This document shows, piece by piece, positions 30,309-40,627 of a stretch of DNA of 64,000 nt. The DNA is taken from NCBI GenBank assembly GCA_963816425.1, contig CAWFKP010000006.1, positions 272,278 through 336,277 of the forward strand. The letters are read 5' to 3'. Every line of letters starts with the position of its first letter. Within the stretch, counting starts at the first letter, position 1. Origin of the DNA: an uncultured Actinomycetes bacterium. GTDB taxonomy: Bacteria; Actinomycetota; UBA4738; HRBIN12. The notes beneath the pieces are model-generated. The model ran no database searches. It was not told the origin of the DNA and saw nothing but the letters and a program-made list of their open reading frames with translations. A program made the translations under genes and the position numbers.

Positions 30309-32180
30309 ATGGATGCCGCGTCACTCCGCGCCCGCCTCGCCGAGGGCCCACTGCTCGCCGACGGGGGCATGGGAACCGCGCTGATCGACGCCGGCGTGCC
30401 CGTCGATGCCTGTATGGAGCTCCTCAACGAACGGGAGCCGGCGCGGGTGGCGGGCATCCACGCAGCCTTCGTCGGCGCCGGCGCCCGGCTCCTGCTCACC
30501 AACACGTTCGGCGCGAACCGCTTCCGGCTCGACCACCACGGGCTGGCCGATCGTGTGGGGGCGCTGTGCGCCGCCGGCGTCACGCTCGCGCGCGCGGCCG
30601 GTGCAGCGTTGGTGGCGGGCTCGATGGGTCCTTTGGGCGTGCGCCTCCAGCCCTACGGTCGGGTGCCCGCCGAGGAGGCGTTCGACGCCTACCGGGAGCA
30701 GGCCCTGGCGCTCGCGACCGCCGGCGTCGACCTTCTCGTGATCGAGACGCAGACGGACGTGCGCGAGCTCGAGCAGGCGGTGGCCGCCGCCCGCGACGCC
30801 GCGCCGGGCGTGGCACTCCTGGCAAGCGCCACCTTCACCCGCGACGACCGCACGTTGCTGGGCGACACACCGGAGGCCGTCGCCGGACGGCTCATCGAGC
30901 TCGGCGTAGACGCCTTCGGCGTCAACTGCGGCGAGGGACCGGCACAGGCGCTGCGGATCGCGCGGCTGCTCGCCCCGATCGCCGGCGCGGCCGGCGTGCC
31001 CCTGCTCGCGCGTCCGAACGCGGGCGGCCCGACCGAGGTCGGTGGCCGCTTCGTCTACCCGGCCACCCCCGAGTACGTGGCCGAGGTGGTCCGCGACCTG
31101 CTCGACGAGGGTGTGTCCGTCGTGGGCGGATGTTGCGGCACCGGCCCGGCCCATACCGCGGCCATCGCGAACGAGCTCCGCGATCGGCGACCTCGGGCAC
31201 CGATCGCGTTCCCGTCACCGGCGCCGCCCGGGGTGGGGCCCGCGCCCTCCAGCGTCGCGCCCACCGCCCTGGAGGCCGCGATCGGCGCAGGCGAGCTGGT
31301 CATCACCGTCGAGATGGAGCCACCCCGGTCCTTCAATGCGGCGCAGCTGGTCGCCGCCGCCCAGACGCTGCGTGACGCGGGGGCGACTGCGATCGACGTC
31401 GCGGACTCGCCGATGGCCAAGATGCGGATGAGCGCCTGGGCGGCCTGCCGACTCGTGCACGAGCGGGTCGGGATCGAGACCGTGCTGCATTTCCCGACGC
31501 GAGGCCGCAACGTGCTGCGGCTCCAAGGCGACCTGCTCGGCGCGCACGCGCTCGGCATCCGGAACCTCTTCGTGTGCGTCGGCGATCCGGTCACGATCGG
31601 CGACTACCCCCACGGGTCCAACGACGTCGACGTGACCGCGACCGGGCTGCTGCAGCTGATCACCGAACAATTCAACGCCGGGGTCGATCGGTCGGGATCA
31701 TCGATCGGCGAGGCCACGTCGTTCTTCGCCGGCGCCGCGGCCTCGCCCGCGGCCGCCGACCTCGACCGGGAGGTGCGGCTGCTCGCCCGGAAGGCACAGG
31801 CCGGCGCTCGGTTCGTCTTGACCCAGCCCGTCTATGCCATCGAGCCGTTGCGGGCGCTGCGGGAGGCCTACGAGCGGCAGACGGGCGCACCCTTGCGGGT
31901 GCCGATCATCGCGGGTGTGCTGCCCCTCGTGTCGTCGCGCCACGCGACGTTCCTGCACAACGAGGTGCCGGGCATCGAGATCCCCGAGGGCGTGCAGTCG
32001 CGGATGCGCGAGGCGGGCGAGAGCCCCGAGCGGGCGTGGGCGACCGGGTTGGCCATGGCGACGGAGCTCGCCGCCGGCCTTCGGGCTGCGGGGGTGGCCG
32101 GGATCTATGTGATGCCGCAGTTCGGGCGCTACGACCGGGCCGCCGACCTCGTGGAGGCCGTTCGAGCTTTCGCATCGTGA
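30309..32180 (+). CDS. bifunctional homocysteine S-methyltransferase / 5,10-methylenetetrahydrofolate reductase (YitJ-like)
   Basis: N-terminal Hcy-binding domain (GGMGTALIDAGV..). C-terminal MTHFR domain (VTIGDYPHGSNDV...). Confidence 0.8.
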   Translation: MDAASLRARLAEGPLLADGGMGTALIDAGVPVDACMELLNEREPARVAGIHAAFVGAGARLLLTNTFGANRFRLDHHGLADRVGALCAAGVTLARAAGAALVAGSMGPLGVRLQPYGRVPAEEAFDAYREQALALATAGVDLLVIETQTDVRELEQAVAAARDAAPGVALLASATFTRDDRTLLGDTPEAVAGRLIELGVDAFGVNCGEGPAQALRIARLLAPIAGAAGVPLLARPNAGGPTEVGGRFVYPATPEYVAEVVRDLLDEGVSVVGGCCGTGPAHTAAIANELRDRRPRAPIAFPSPAPPGVGPAPSSVAPTALEAAIGAGELVITVEMEPPRSFNAAQLVAAAQTLRDAGATAIDVADSPMAKMRMSAWAACRLVHERVGIETVLHFPTRGRNVLRLQGDLLGAHALGIRNLFVCVGDPVTIGDYPHGSNDVDVTATGLLQLITEQFNAGVDRSGSSIGEATSFFAGAAASPAAADLDREVRLLARKAQAGARFVLTQPVYAIEPLRALREAYERQTGAPLRVPIIAGVLPLVSSRHATFLHNEVPGIEIPEGVQSRMREAGESPERAWATGLAMATELAAGLRAAGVAGIYVMPQFGRYDRAADLVEAVRAFAS

Positions 32181-32211
32181 AGACGCTCGGGACCCTCGAG
32201 GACCGGCTACG

Positions 32212-35200
32212 ATGAGGAGCCGTACGGGTTCCACGCCAGACGGAACCACCGACCCCGACCGATCGAGGCGCCCGAACGTGTCTGACCCGGCTGTGCAGCC
32301 CCAAGCTCCCGCTGCCATCCATCCCGTGCACGCGGCGCTGGCCGAGCGGATCGAGACGACCGTCCCGCCCGAGCGCCGAGACGCGCTGCTCGCCTTTGCT
32401 CGGATGATGCTCCGGCGTCTGAGCGCCGAGGACCTCACCACGCGCGGGGTCGACCAGCTGCTCGGCATCGTCCGATCCGCCTTCGCGTTCGTCGATGCGC
32501 GCGGCAACCACCCGGCGATCGTGCGGGTGTTCGTGCCGACGATCGACCGCGACGGCTACCTGGTTCCGGGCACGATCATCGAGACGAACACCGACGACTC
32601 GCCGTTCCTGGTGGACTCGGTCACCGAGGAGCTCGCGGCGCGCAACCTGGGCGTGCGGCTGATCGTGCACCCGATGATCGGGACGGCTCGCGCCGAGGAC
32701 GGCCACCTGGAGCGGGTCATGTCCGGCCGCGACGCGGCCCACCGAGAGTCGTTCATGCACTTCGAGCTGGAGCGACGGCTCGCCGAGCAGGATCGCGTGG
32801 ACCTCGAGGGCAGGATCCGGGCGATCCTGCACGACGTGCGCCTCGTGGTCCGCGACTTCGAGCCGATGCAGGCGCGGGTCCGCCACATGGGGGAGATCGC
32901 ACGGCAGGCGACGGTGATCTACAGCCCGCAAGAGGTCGGCGAGACGGTCGACTTCGTGGAGTGGCTGCTACAGCTGAACTTCGTCTTGCTCGGCTACCGC
33001 GAGTACCGGATGGCCGACGGACCCGAGGGACGCACGATCCAGGCGGTGCCGGGCTCGGGGCTCGGCATCCTCGCCGACGTGTCCGCCAGCTCGTTCTCCG
33101 ACGCGACGCCGCTCAACTCGCTCGACCCCGACGTCCGCCGGCGGATCGAGGAAGGCGAGCTCCTCGTCATCACCAAGACGAAGGCCTACAGCACGGTGCA
33201 CCGGCGCGCGCGCATGGACTACGTGGGCGTGCGGATCATCTCCCCCGAGGGTCAGGTGGTCGGGGAGGCCCGGCTGATCGGGCTGTTCACATCGAAGGCC
33301 TACATGGAGCCGGCGGCCAAGACGCCGCTGCTGCACCACAAGCTCGAACAGATCATCGCCGCGGAGGACCTCATCCCCGGTTCGCACGACTACAAGCAGG
33401 TCATCGAGCTGTTCGAGTCGTTCCCGCGTGACGAGCTGTTCCAGGCGACCACGGAAGAGCTCCGACAGCTGGTCGTCGGTCTGCTGCAGCTCGAGAAGCA
33501 CGGCGGCATCCGGGTGCTGTTGCGCAAGGATCTCTACGGCCGGCAGGTGTCGATCGTCGTCGCGTTGCCGCGCGAGAAGTTCAGCGCCTCGCTCCGCAAG
33601 CGCCTTCAGGAGATGTTCCGTGAGCGGTTCGGCGGGACCTCGATCGATTACCACCTGTCCCTGGGCGAGACCGAATCGGCCCGCATCTTCTTCACGGTGC
33701 ACGTCGAGACGGGTGTCCAGATCCCGGAGATCCCATACGAGGAGTTGGAGGAGGAGGTCGAGCGACTCGCGCGCACGTGGGACGACGACCTGCTCGACCA
33801 CCTGACCGAGATCCTCGGGCCCGAGCGCGGACCGTTGCTTGCCGCGCGCTACGGCCCGCGGTTCCCGGACTACTACAAGACCACCGAGACGGACTGGACC
33901 CAGGTGGCGATGGACGTCGCCAGCCTCGAACAGCTCTCCAGCGACAGCGATGGCTTCGTGATCGGCATCGGGAATGAGGACGTCGGTGAACGACTGACCC
34001 GGGTGAAGCTCTACAAGACCGGCGGCAAGGTCGACCTCTCCGCCTTCATGCCGCTGCTCGAGTCGCTCGGCCTGCGCGCCGTCGAGGAGATCCCGATCGC
34101 GCTGCACGGCGAAGGCCGAACCTACATCCACGACTTCGGCGTCCTCGATGCCCGCGGCGCGGTGCTCAATCTCGAGGCCGAGGCCGATCTTGTGCGCGAT
34201 GCGCTCACCGCCATGTGGCGCGGCGACGCCGAGGTCGACTCGCTCAACCGGCTCGTGATCTTCGCGGACCTGTCCTGGCCGCAGGTTCACATCCTGCGCG
34301 CCTATCGCAAGTATCGGATGCGGGTCTCGACGCGGTTCACCGAGGAGTACCGCAACGACGCGCTCGCCGAGAATCCGCACATCGCACGCCGGCTCGCCCA
34401 GCTGTTCGAGACGAAGTTCGATCCGATCCGGGACGCACCCGCCACCGACGCCGACGAGCTCCGCCAGCAGATCAAAGAGGATCTCCGGGCGGTGGCGTCG
34501 CTGGACCAGGATCAGATCATCCGATCGCTCCTAGGCACGATCGAGGCGACGGTGCGCACGAACGCCTACCTGCCCGACCGACCCGCGCTCGCATTGAAGT
34601 TGCGATCGGCAGACGTTCCCGAGATGCCGAAGCCGTTCCCGCTGTTCGAGATCTTCCTGTACTCCTCGCAGATGGAGGCGATCCATCTGCGGGGCGGCAT
34701 GATCGCGCGCGGCGGCATCCGCTGGTCGGACCGCAAGGAGGACTACCGCACCGAGGTGCTGGGCCTGATGAAGGCCCAACGCGTGAAGAACGCGGTGATC
34801 GTGCCCGACGGCTCGAAGGGCGGATTCATCCTGAAACGCTCGACCAGCTCCCCGGCGGAGCTGAAGCAGGAGGTCGTGACCCAGTACGTCACCTTCATGC
34901 ACGGGTTACTCGACATCACCGACAACCTCGTGCGCGGTGAGGTGACCCATCCCGCGGGCGTGCGCGTGCTCGACGGCGACGATCCCTACCTCGTGGTCGC
35001 CGCCGACAAGGGTACGGCGACCTTCTCCGACACCGCCAACGCCGTGAGCGAGGAATTCGGCTTCTGGCTGGGCGACGCGTTCGCCTCGGGCGGCAGCGCC
35101 GGCTACGACCACAAGGCGCTGGGGATCACGGCGCGCGGCGCCTGGGAGTCGGTGAAGCGGCACTTCCGCGAGCTCGGTGTCGACGTGTTGCGCGACTCGT

Positions 35201-37101
35201 TCACGTCGGTCGGGATCGGGGACATGTCGGGCGACGTCTTCGGCAACGGCATGCTGTACAGCGAGACGGTCAGGCTGCTCGCGGCCTTCGACCATCGCAA
35301 CGTGTTCGTCGACCCCGAGCCGGACGCGTCGGCCTCGTTCGCGGAGCGGCGGCGCCTGTACCTGCTGGCGGGGTCCTCCTGGAACGATTACGACCGCACG
35401 CTGCTGTCGCCCGGCGGGGATGTGTTCGACCGACGGGCGAAGTCGGTGGTGCCATCCAAGGAGGCGCGGGTGGCGCTGGGGATCCCCGACGAGGTCGCCG
35501 AGGAGATGACCCCCGACGAGCTGATCCGATGGATCCTGCAGTCGCCGGTGGATCTGCTGTGGAACGGCGGGATCGGCACGTACGTGAAGTCCTCGCGCGA
35601 GACGCAGGCGGACGCGGGCGACCGGACGAACAACAGCGTGCGCGTCAGTGGGTCGCAGGTGCGCGCCCGGGTCGTGGGCGAGGGCGGCAACCTCGGGTTC
35701 ACGCAGCGCGGGCGGATCGAATACGCGCTCGCGGGCGGTCGGATCAACACCGATTTCATCGACAACTCGGCCGGGGTGGACACCTCCGACCACGAGGTGA
35801 ACTGGAAGATCTTGCTCGGGCTCGCGATCCAGCGCGGCGAGCTGACGTTGGACGGTCGAAACGAGCTGCTGCAGGATTGCGCGCCCGACGTCGTCCAGCT
35901 CGTCCTATACGACAACTACCTGCAGGCCCAGATCCTGTCGCAGGAAGACGAGGTCTCGACCCAGCGCGTCGAGGCCTACGAGGACCTGATGGTGCAGCTC
36001 GAGGCCGACGGCGAGCTCGAGCGTGCGGTCGAGTTCCTACCGACGACCGACGAGATGCTGGAACGCCGCGGCGCGGGCCGGGGGATGACGCGGCCCGAAC
36101 TCGCCGTCCTGCTGGCGTATGCGAAGCGGCAGGTCTTCAACGAGCTCGTCGACTCGGATCTGCCCGACAGCGACTACCTGGCGTCGGATCTCGAGCGGTA
36201 CTTCCCGCCCAAGATCGTCGAACGGTTCGGGCATCTGCTCGCCGAGCACCCGTTGAAGCGCGAGATCATCGCGACGATCGCGTCCAATGACGTCGTCAAT
36301 TCCCAGGGCATCACGTTCGTGTCGCGCATGGTCGCCGAGACCGGGGTGTCCCACGCCGACGTCGTGCGCGCGTTCCGCATCGCGCGCGACATCACCGGCG
36401 CGGTCGGCCGCTGGGGCGACATCGAGGCGCTCGACGGCATCATCGACCCGGGCGTGCAATCGGAGCTGCTGAGCGGGGTGGACTGGCTCGTCGAGACGAC
36501 CTCGAGGTGGTACCTCGTGCAGGGCGCGGGGCAACGGCTGGCCGACGCGGTCGAGCAGTCGCGCGCATCCTTCGCCGAGGTGTCGGACGCGATCAGCCAG
36601 ATCGGCCCGGAGGCCTGGCGGGACGAGCACGAGCATGCGGCGCGGCGACTCGTCGCCGAAGGCGTGCCCGAGACGGTGGCCCACCGCCACGCGTTCCAGC
36701 CCGAGCTGGTGCACGCGCCGGACATCATCGCGGTCGCGCACGCCACCGGCCGCTCGCCGCTCGAGGTCGCCCGCGGGTTCTTCGTCCTCGGCGAAGCGCT
36801 CGACATCGACTGGCTCGAGACGCAGCTCGAGCAGCTGACCGCGACCACCCGCTGGCAGCGGTGGGCCCAGCAATCGATGGAAGACGATCTCTTCGCTCTG
36901 CGCCGCAAGCTCTGTGAGCGAGTCTTGGAGGCCGCGGGCGGCGCGCCGATCGACGAGGCGATCGAGCAGTATCTCTCCGAGCGCGGCCCCGCCTTCGAGC
37001 GCGTCGATCGCTTCCTCCGAGGCCTGAAGATGGAGGGCGTGTCAGACCTGTCCCAGTTAACGGTGGCGTTGCGTCAGATCAGGTCGCTCGCGGGCGCGTG
37101 A
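32212..37101 (+). CDS. NAD-specific glutamate dehydrogenase (large ~180-kDa GdhB type)
   Basis: 1629-aa ORF; central GDH catalytic region (GGIRWSDRKEDYRTEVLGLMKAQRVKNAVIVPDGSKGGFI...) and long N/C extensions characteristic of the Bac_GDH family. Confidence 0.85.
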   Translation: MRSRTGSTPDGTTDPDRSRRPNVSDPAVQPQAPAAIHPVHAALAERIETTVPPERRDALLAFARMMLRRLSAEDLTTRGVDQLLGIVRSAFAFVDARGNHPAIVRVFVPTIDRDGYLVPGTIIETNTDDSPFLVDSVTEELAARNLGVRLIVHPMIGTARAEDGHLERVMSGRDAAHRESFMHFELERRLAEQDRVDLEGRIRAILHDVRLVVRDFEPMQARVRHMGEIARQATVIYSPQEVGETVDFVEWLLQLNFVLLGYREYRMADGPEGRTIQAVPGSGLGILADVSASSFSDATPLNSLDPDVRRRIEEGELLVITKTKAYSTVHRRARMDYVGVRIISPEGQVVGEARLIGLFTSKAYMEPAAKTPLLHHKLEQIIAAEDLIPGSHDYKQVIELFESFPRDELFQATTEELRQLVVGLLQLEKHGGIRVLLRKDLYGRQVSIVVALPREKFSASLRKRLQEMFRERFGGTSIDYHLSLGETESARIFFTVHVETGVQIPEIPYEELEEEVERLARTWDDDLLDHLTEILGPERGPLLAARYGPRFPDYYKTTETDWTQVAMDVASLEQLSSDSDGFVIGIGNEDVGERLTRVKLYKTGGKVDLSAFMPLLESLGLRAVEEIPIALHGEGRTYIHDFGVLDARGAVLNLEAEADLVRDALTAMWRGDAEVDSLNRLVIFADLSWPQVHILRAYRKYRMRVSTRFTEEYRNDALAENPHIARRLAQLFETKFDPIRDAPATDADELRQQIKEDLRAVASLDQDQIIRSLLGTIEATVRTNAYLPDRPALALKLRSADVPEMPKPFPLFEIFLYSSQMEAIHLRGGMIARGGIRWSDRKEDYRTEVLGLMKAQRVKNAVIVPDGSKGGFILKRSTSSPAELKQEVVTQYVTFMHGLLDITDNLVRGEVTHPAGVRVLDGDDPYLVVAADKGTATFSDTANAVSEEFGFWLGDAFASGGSAGYDHKALGITARGAWESVKRHFRELGVDVLRDSFTSVGIGDMSGDVFGNGMLYSETVRLLAAFDHRNVFVDPEPDASASFAERRRLYLLAGSSWNDYDRTLLSPGGDVFDRRAKSVVPSKEARVALGIPDEVAEEMTPDELIRWILQSPVDLLWNGGIGTYVKSSRETQADAGDRTNNSVRVSGSQVRARVVGEGGNLGFTQRGRIEYALAGGRINTDFIDNSAGVDTSDHEVNWKILLGLAIQRGELTLDGRNELLQDCAPDVVQLVLYDNYLQAQILSQEDEVSTQRVEAYEDLMVQLEADGELERAVEFLPTTDEMLERRGAGRGMTRPELAVLLAYAKRQVFNELVDSDLPDSDYLASDLERYFPPKIVERFGHLLAEHPLKREIIATIASNDVVNSQGITFVSRMVAETGVSHADVVRAFRIARDITGAVGRWGDIEALDGIIDPGVQSELLSGVDWLVETTSRWYLVQGAGQRLADAVEQSRASFAEVSDAISQIGPEAWRDEHEHAARRLVAEGVPETVAHRHAFQPELVHAPDIIAVAHATGRSPLEVARGFFVLGEALDIDWLETQLEQLTATTRWQRWAQQSMEDDLFALRRKLCERVLEAAGGAPIDEAIEQYLSERGPAFERVDRFLRGLKMEGVSDLSQLTVALRQIRSLAGA

Positions 37102-37824
37102 CTACGGCCATCGAGTGATCACGAGGCCCGTGGCGAGCAGCACCATCGCGATCCACAGCAACCGCAGCGCTCCCTCCGGGGCGCTCGTCATGGCGGCTGC
37201 GTCGATCCGCTCGCGTGTTCCGTCGGCGTATGCGATCTCACCCTCGATGCCGGTCGAGCTGCGACGTAACCGGCGGACGGGCGTCGAGAGACGACGCTGC
37301 GCCGCCGCGACGTAGCCACAGCCGGCGGAGACCAACAGGATCGGCACGTCGATCCGTCCGGTCTGTGCGAACCCACCGGCGAGCGCCGGGAAACCGCCCC
37401 ACATGACGGCGAACCACAGATCGGTGTGGAACCGTCCGTCGAACCATTCGAGGTTGTACGCGGGCACCAGGAATCCACCGATCGCGATGAAGACGAGGCC
37501 CCACCACGACACGATCGAGGCCCCGTAGATCCCGATCGCCAGGGCGCCGATCACGCCGAACACCGCGAGCGCGAGCAGGGTCCAGCGGGGGATCCGTGTG
37601 CGCAGGGGGCGACCGTGCAGCTCATCCAGGGCGTGCGCCGCGATCCCGACCGCGAGGAAGAACGCGATCAAGGCCATCACGAGGTACCGAGGCTGCAATG
37701 TATCGACGACGCAGGCGCCGATCGCAACGAAGGCGAGGTGCCACAGCGTGTAGGGCGGGTGCAGCAACGTCCAGTAGTCGCGGGCCCCTCCCGGCTCCAG
37801 CGCGTAGAACGAGGGCCGGCTCAC
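37102..37824 (-). CDS. integral membrane protein (6-7 TM), GTG start overlapping upstream methyltransferase stop
   Basis: VSRPSFYALEPGGARDYWTLLHPPYTLWHLAFVAIG...; GTGA overlap with the SAM-MT gene; family not recognised. Confidence 0.5.
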   Translation of the reverse strand: MSRPSFYALEPGGARDYWTLLHPPYTLWHLAFVAIGACVVDTLQPRYLVMALIAFFLAVGIAAHALDELHGRPLRTRIPRWTLLALAVFGVIGALAIGIYGASIVSWWGLVFIAIGGFLVPAYNLEWFDGRFHTDLWFAVMWGGFPALAGGFAQTGRIDVPILLVSAGCGYVAAAQRRLSTPVRRLRRSSTGIEGEIAYADGTRERIDAAAMTSAPEGALRLLWIAMVLLATGLVITRWP

Positions 37825-38522
37825 CCGCGGCGAACCCCCCAGAGCACGACCCCGCCGCCGAGGCTCATGCGGCGCCACCGAACCTGTTCGAAACCCGCCT
37901 CGCGCCATAGATCGAGCTGGGCCGACAGCGGATAGCGTCGCCAGAATCCCTCGATGCTGGGACCGAGGAACCTGCCCACCTCGTACCAATCGCGCGACAC
38001 GAGCCGACCGACCGCGGGCATGACCGCGCCTGTGTAGAGACGCCAGCACGCACGCCATGCGCGGTTCGGTGGGACGCCGAACTCGAGGCTCGCGACGACC
38101 CCGCCCGGCCGGACGACACGCGCGAGCTCGGTGAGCGTCGCGCCCGGATCGTCCACGTATCGCAGGAGGTACGTCACCGTCAACGCATCGAACGTCGCCG
38201 TCGCGAACGGCAGCTCCTCGGCGCGCCCGAGCACGAACGCGATCGGCAACCCGGCGGATCGATCGATGCCCGTCTCCAGCATCGGTGCGCTCGGATCCAG
38301 CGCGACGACCCGCCGCCGCCCCTCGGTCCGAACGAGTTCGCGCGCGACGAGCCCGGTGCCGGTCGCGACATCGAGCACCGAGGACCGCGGTCCGATGCGC
38401 GAGACGAGGAACCGGCGCCAGCGCGGGTCTTCGCCGAACGACAGCAGCGCGCCCATCCGGTCGTAGGTGGCCCCGAGGCCCGCGAAGAGCCGACGGGCGT
38501 GCCTGACGCGCGGCGTGTCCAT
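37821..38522 (-). CDS. class I SAM-dependent methyltransferase (UbiE/MenG-like)
   Basis: VLDVATGTGLVAREL (motif I) and UbiE-like body; internal ATG MDTPRVRHARRLFAGLGATYD of track ORF 37821..38540. Confidence 0.75.
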   Translation of the reverse strand: MDTPRVRHARRLFAGLGATYDRMGALLSFGEDPRWRRFLVSRIGPRSSVLDVATGTGLVARELVRTEGRRRVVALDPSAPMLETGIDRSAGLPIAFVLGRAEELPFATATFDALTVTYLLRYVDDPGATLTELARVVRPGGVVASLEFGVPPNRAWRACWRLYTGAVMPAVGRLVSRDWYEVGRFLGPSIEGFWRRYPLSAQLDLWREAGFEQVRWRRMSLGGGVVLWGVRRG

Positions 38523-38554
38523 CCCGCGACTACACCACATCGCGACGAAACGGG

Positions 38555-39004
38555 TCAGCCGTAGAAGATCATCGTGATCCAGTACGCCCCGTGCGAGAAG
38601 ATCACGCCGACGCCGGCGTGTCGGAATCGGCTGTTCAGCATGTTCGCCCGGTGCTCGCTGCTACGGGTCCATGCCTTGAACACGGCCCAGACCGATGGTC
38701 CCATGCCGACGTTCTCGCCCCACGTCGAAGGGTGATAGGTCCGCAGCTTCGTCTGCAGAGCGGCGCTGTGGAACAGACGACGTTGCGACGCCATCGCCTG
38801 GGTGTGCCGTCGGGCGGTGCGATCGACGGCGTCCTGATCGCGGAGGCCGTGCAACCCATGCTGGTGCCGATACCGGTTGACGAAGCTGAAGACCTTGGAA
38901 CGAGCCCGCGTGGAGCGGCTCGCGGCGTGCGCCGGCCCGAACGCCATCGAGATGACGAGCACGACGGACACCGCTGCGAGGAGTGGGGAGCGGCGCGGAT
39001 GCAC
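38555..39004 (-). CDS. secreted CAP-domain (SCP/PR-1-like) protein
   Basis: Signal peptide; NRYRHQHGL...HSxxxxxxWGENV motif arrangement of CAP/YkwD family. Confidence 0.7.
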   Translation of the reverse strand: MHPRRSPLLAAVSVVLVISMAFGPAHAASRSTRARSKVFSFVNRYRHQHGLHGLRDQDAVDRTARRHTQAMASQRRLFHSAALQTKLRTYHPSTWGENVGMGPSVWAVFKAWTRSSEHRANMLNSRFRHAGVGVIFSHGAYWITMIFYG

Positions 39005-39068
39005 GTGTCGTCAGGCTATCGGCCGCCGCCGGCGCCGGCCCGCTATCACGTGTGAAGATGCCGTAGAT

Positions 39069-39677
39069 ATGCCCGGCGCGATCTCCACACGATTTCCCCA
39101 GCTGTTGTCAGAAACCCTGCAGGCCAAAGCAGGTCATCTCACCGTGGGTGCCTGCCTGACGCTCGGCGGTGTGGCGGCTCTGGCAGGGTCGTGGGACGAG
39201 ATCAACTGCGTCGCTGGGGACTACACGTCGTCGGGCCCGTGCGGGATCGGGATCGTCGTTGCCGGGCAGGTGCTGTTCGTGGCGCTGATCGCGGTCGTCG
39301 CCGGATCGATCGTCCTGGCGCGCGCACTGCGTCGGCCCGTCGACCCCGAGGGCGGCGGCGGGTGGCGTCTCGGACCGGGTTTCGTCGTGATCGCGTGCGG
39401 GATCCTGCTCGCCCTGATGATCCCTCGCTACTCGTGTCCCGCCGGGTACGTGCTGACGCCCGTGTTCCATTTCTGCACCTCGATCGATCGTTCGTTCGCC
39501 GCGCAGTCGACCGGGATGCCATGGAAGTTCGGGGCGCTCGTCCTCGGGTTCGTCGTCGGCGTCGGGATGATGTGGTGGCGGACGATGCCGTGGTGGCTGT
39601 CGACGGGCGTGACCGTCGTGGTGTTCGCCGTCACGCTGGGGTTCACGTTGCGGCGAACGGTCGGCCTGCCGTTCTGA
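39069..39677 (+). CDS. hypothetical integral membrane protein
   Basis: Internal ATG (MPGAISTRF..) of track ORF 38877..39677; 4-5 hydrophobic segments; no family recognised. Confidence 0.45.
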   Translation: MPGAISTRFPQLLSETLQAKAGHLTVGACLTLGGVAALAGSWDEINCVAGDYTSSGPCGIGIVVAGQVLFVALIAVVAGSIVLARALRRPVDPEGGGGWRLGPGFVVIACGILLALMIPRYSCPAGYVLTPVFHFCTSIDRSFAAQSTGMPWKFGALVLGFVVGVGMMWWRTMPWWLSTGVTVVVFAVTLGFTLRRTVGLPF

Positions 39678-39679
39678 CC

Positions 39680-40537
39680 TCAGCCGATCGGCGCCCATTC
39701 CGGCGAGCCGTCGGGCGCGGTCCTGACTTCGCCGAACGCCGCGTCCAGGTGCGTCGGCGCGACGATCGTTCCCGGTTGCGCCAAGAGCTCCGCGAGCAGG
39801 ACCCGGCGCGCGGCCGCCGACTCCGCGTGATCGTTGTCGGGTCCGCTCGGCCAGTCCGGGCGCGCGAACTGCGAGGGGTGGTTCCATGTGTCGGCGCTCA
39901 GCACCATCCGGCCGCCGCCGTCGTCGATCCGCAGGATCTGGTGACCGGGCGTGTGACCGGGCAGATGCCGGAGCGCGAGCGCGCCGTCGATGGGGAGATC
40001 GCCCTCGATCAGATCGAGAACGCCCGCGTCGGCGAGCGGTCGGATCAAGGCCCAGGCCGCCGCGGCCTCCTCGTCCTCGTCGGCCGTCTCGCGGAGCCAG
40101 TCGTGATCGGCACGCTGCAGCACGTATCGCGCGTTCGGGAACATCGGCGCGCCCACGTCGTCCAGCACGCCGCCGATGTGGTCGTCGTGGACGTGGCTGA
40201 TCGCGACCGTCTCGATGTCGTGACGCTCGACCCCCATCGTCGCGAGCTCGTTCGCGAGCTCGCCCTGCACGGGGGCCCAGGCCTGCGTGGGGGACGCCAC
40301 GCCACCGAGACCCGTGTCGAACAGCAGCGGCCCTGCGGCGGAGCGCACCAGCCACGTACGGACACGCATTCGCCATTGATCGTCATCTGTGTACACCCCG
40401 GCACCGGTTGCCCGCGCCGCCAGCAGGTCCGCCGCGGGAACGTCGGGGAACGACTCGACGATCGGACCATTGGGGAAGTCGCAGTCCAGCACCGCGGTGA
40501 CCTCGACCGACCCGACGCGCCGCGTGACGTGACCCAT
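39680..40537 (-). CDS. MBL-fold metallo-hydrolase (lactonase-like)
   Basis: VAISHVHDDHIGGV HxHxDH motif; paralog of 5371..6186. Confidence 0.8.
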   Translation of the reverse strand: MGHVTRRVGSVEVTAVLDCDFPNGPIVESFPDVPAADLLAARATGAGVYTDDDQWRMRVRTWLVRSAAGPLLFDTGLGGVASPTQAWAPVQGELANELATMGVERHDIETVAISHVHDDHIGGVLDDVGAPMFPNARYVLQRADHDWLRETADEDEEAAAAWALIRPLADAGVLDLIEGDLPIDGALALRHLPGHTPGHQILRIDDGGGRMVLSADTWNHPSQFARPDWPSGPDNDHAESAAARRVLLAELLAQPGTIVAPTHLDAAFGEVRTAPDGSPEWAPIG

Positions 40538-40627
40538 CGCCGGACCCTAGCAGCCACACCGCTCGGGCCGTTCGTCCTATCCGTCGCAGGTCCATCGGGC
40601 GCCCGGATCGCCGGTATCTTCGAGAGC

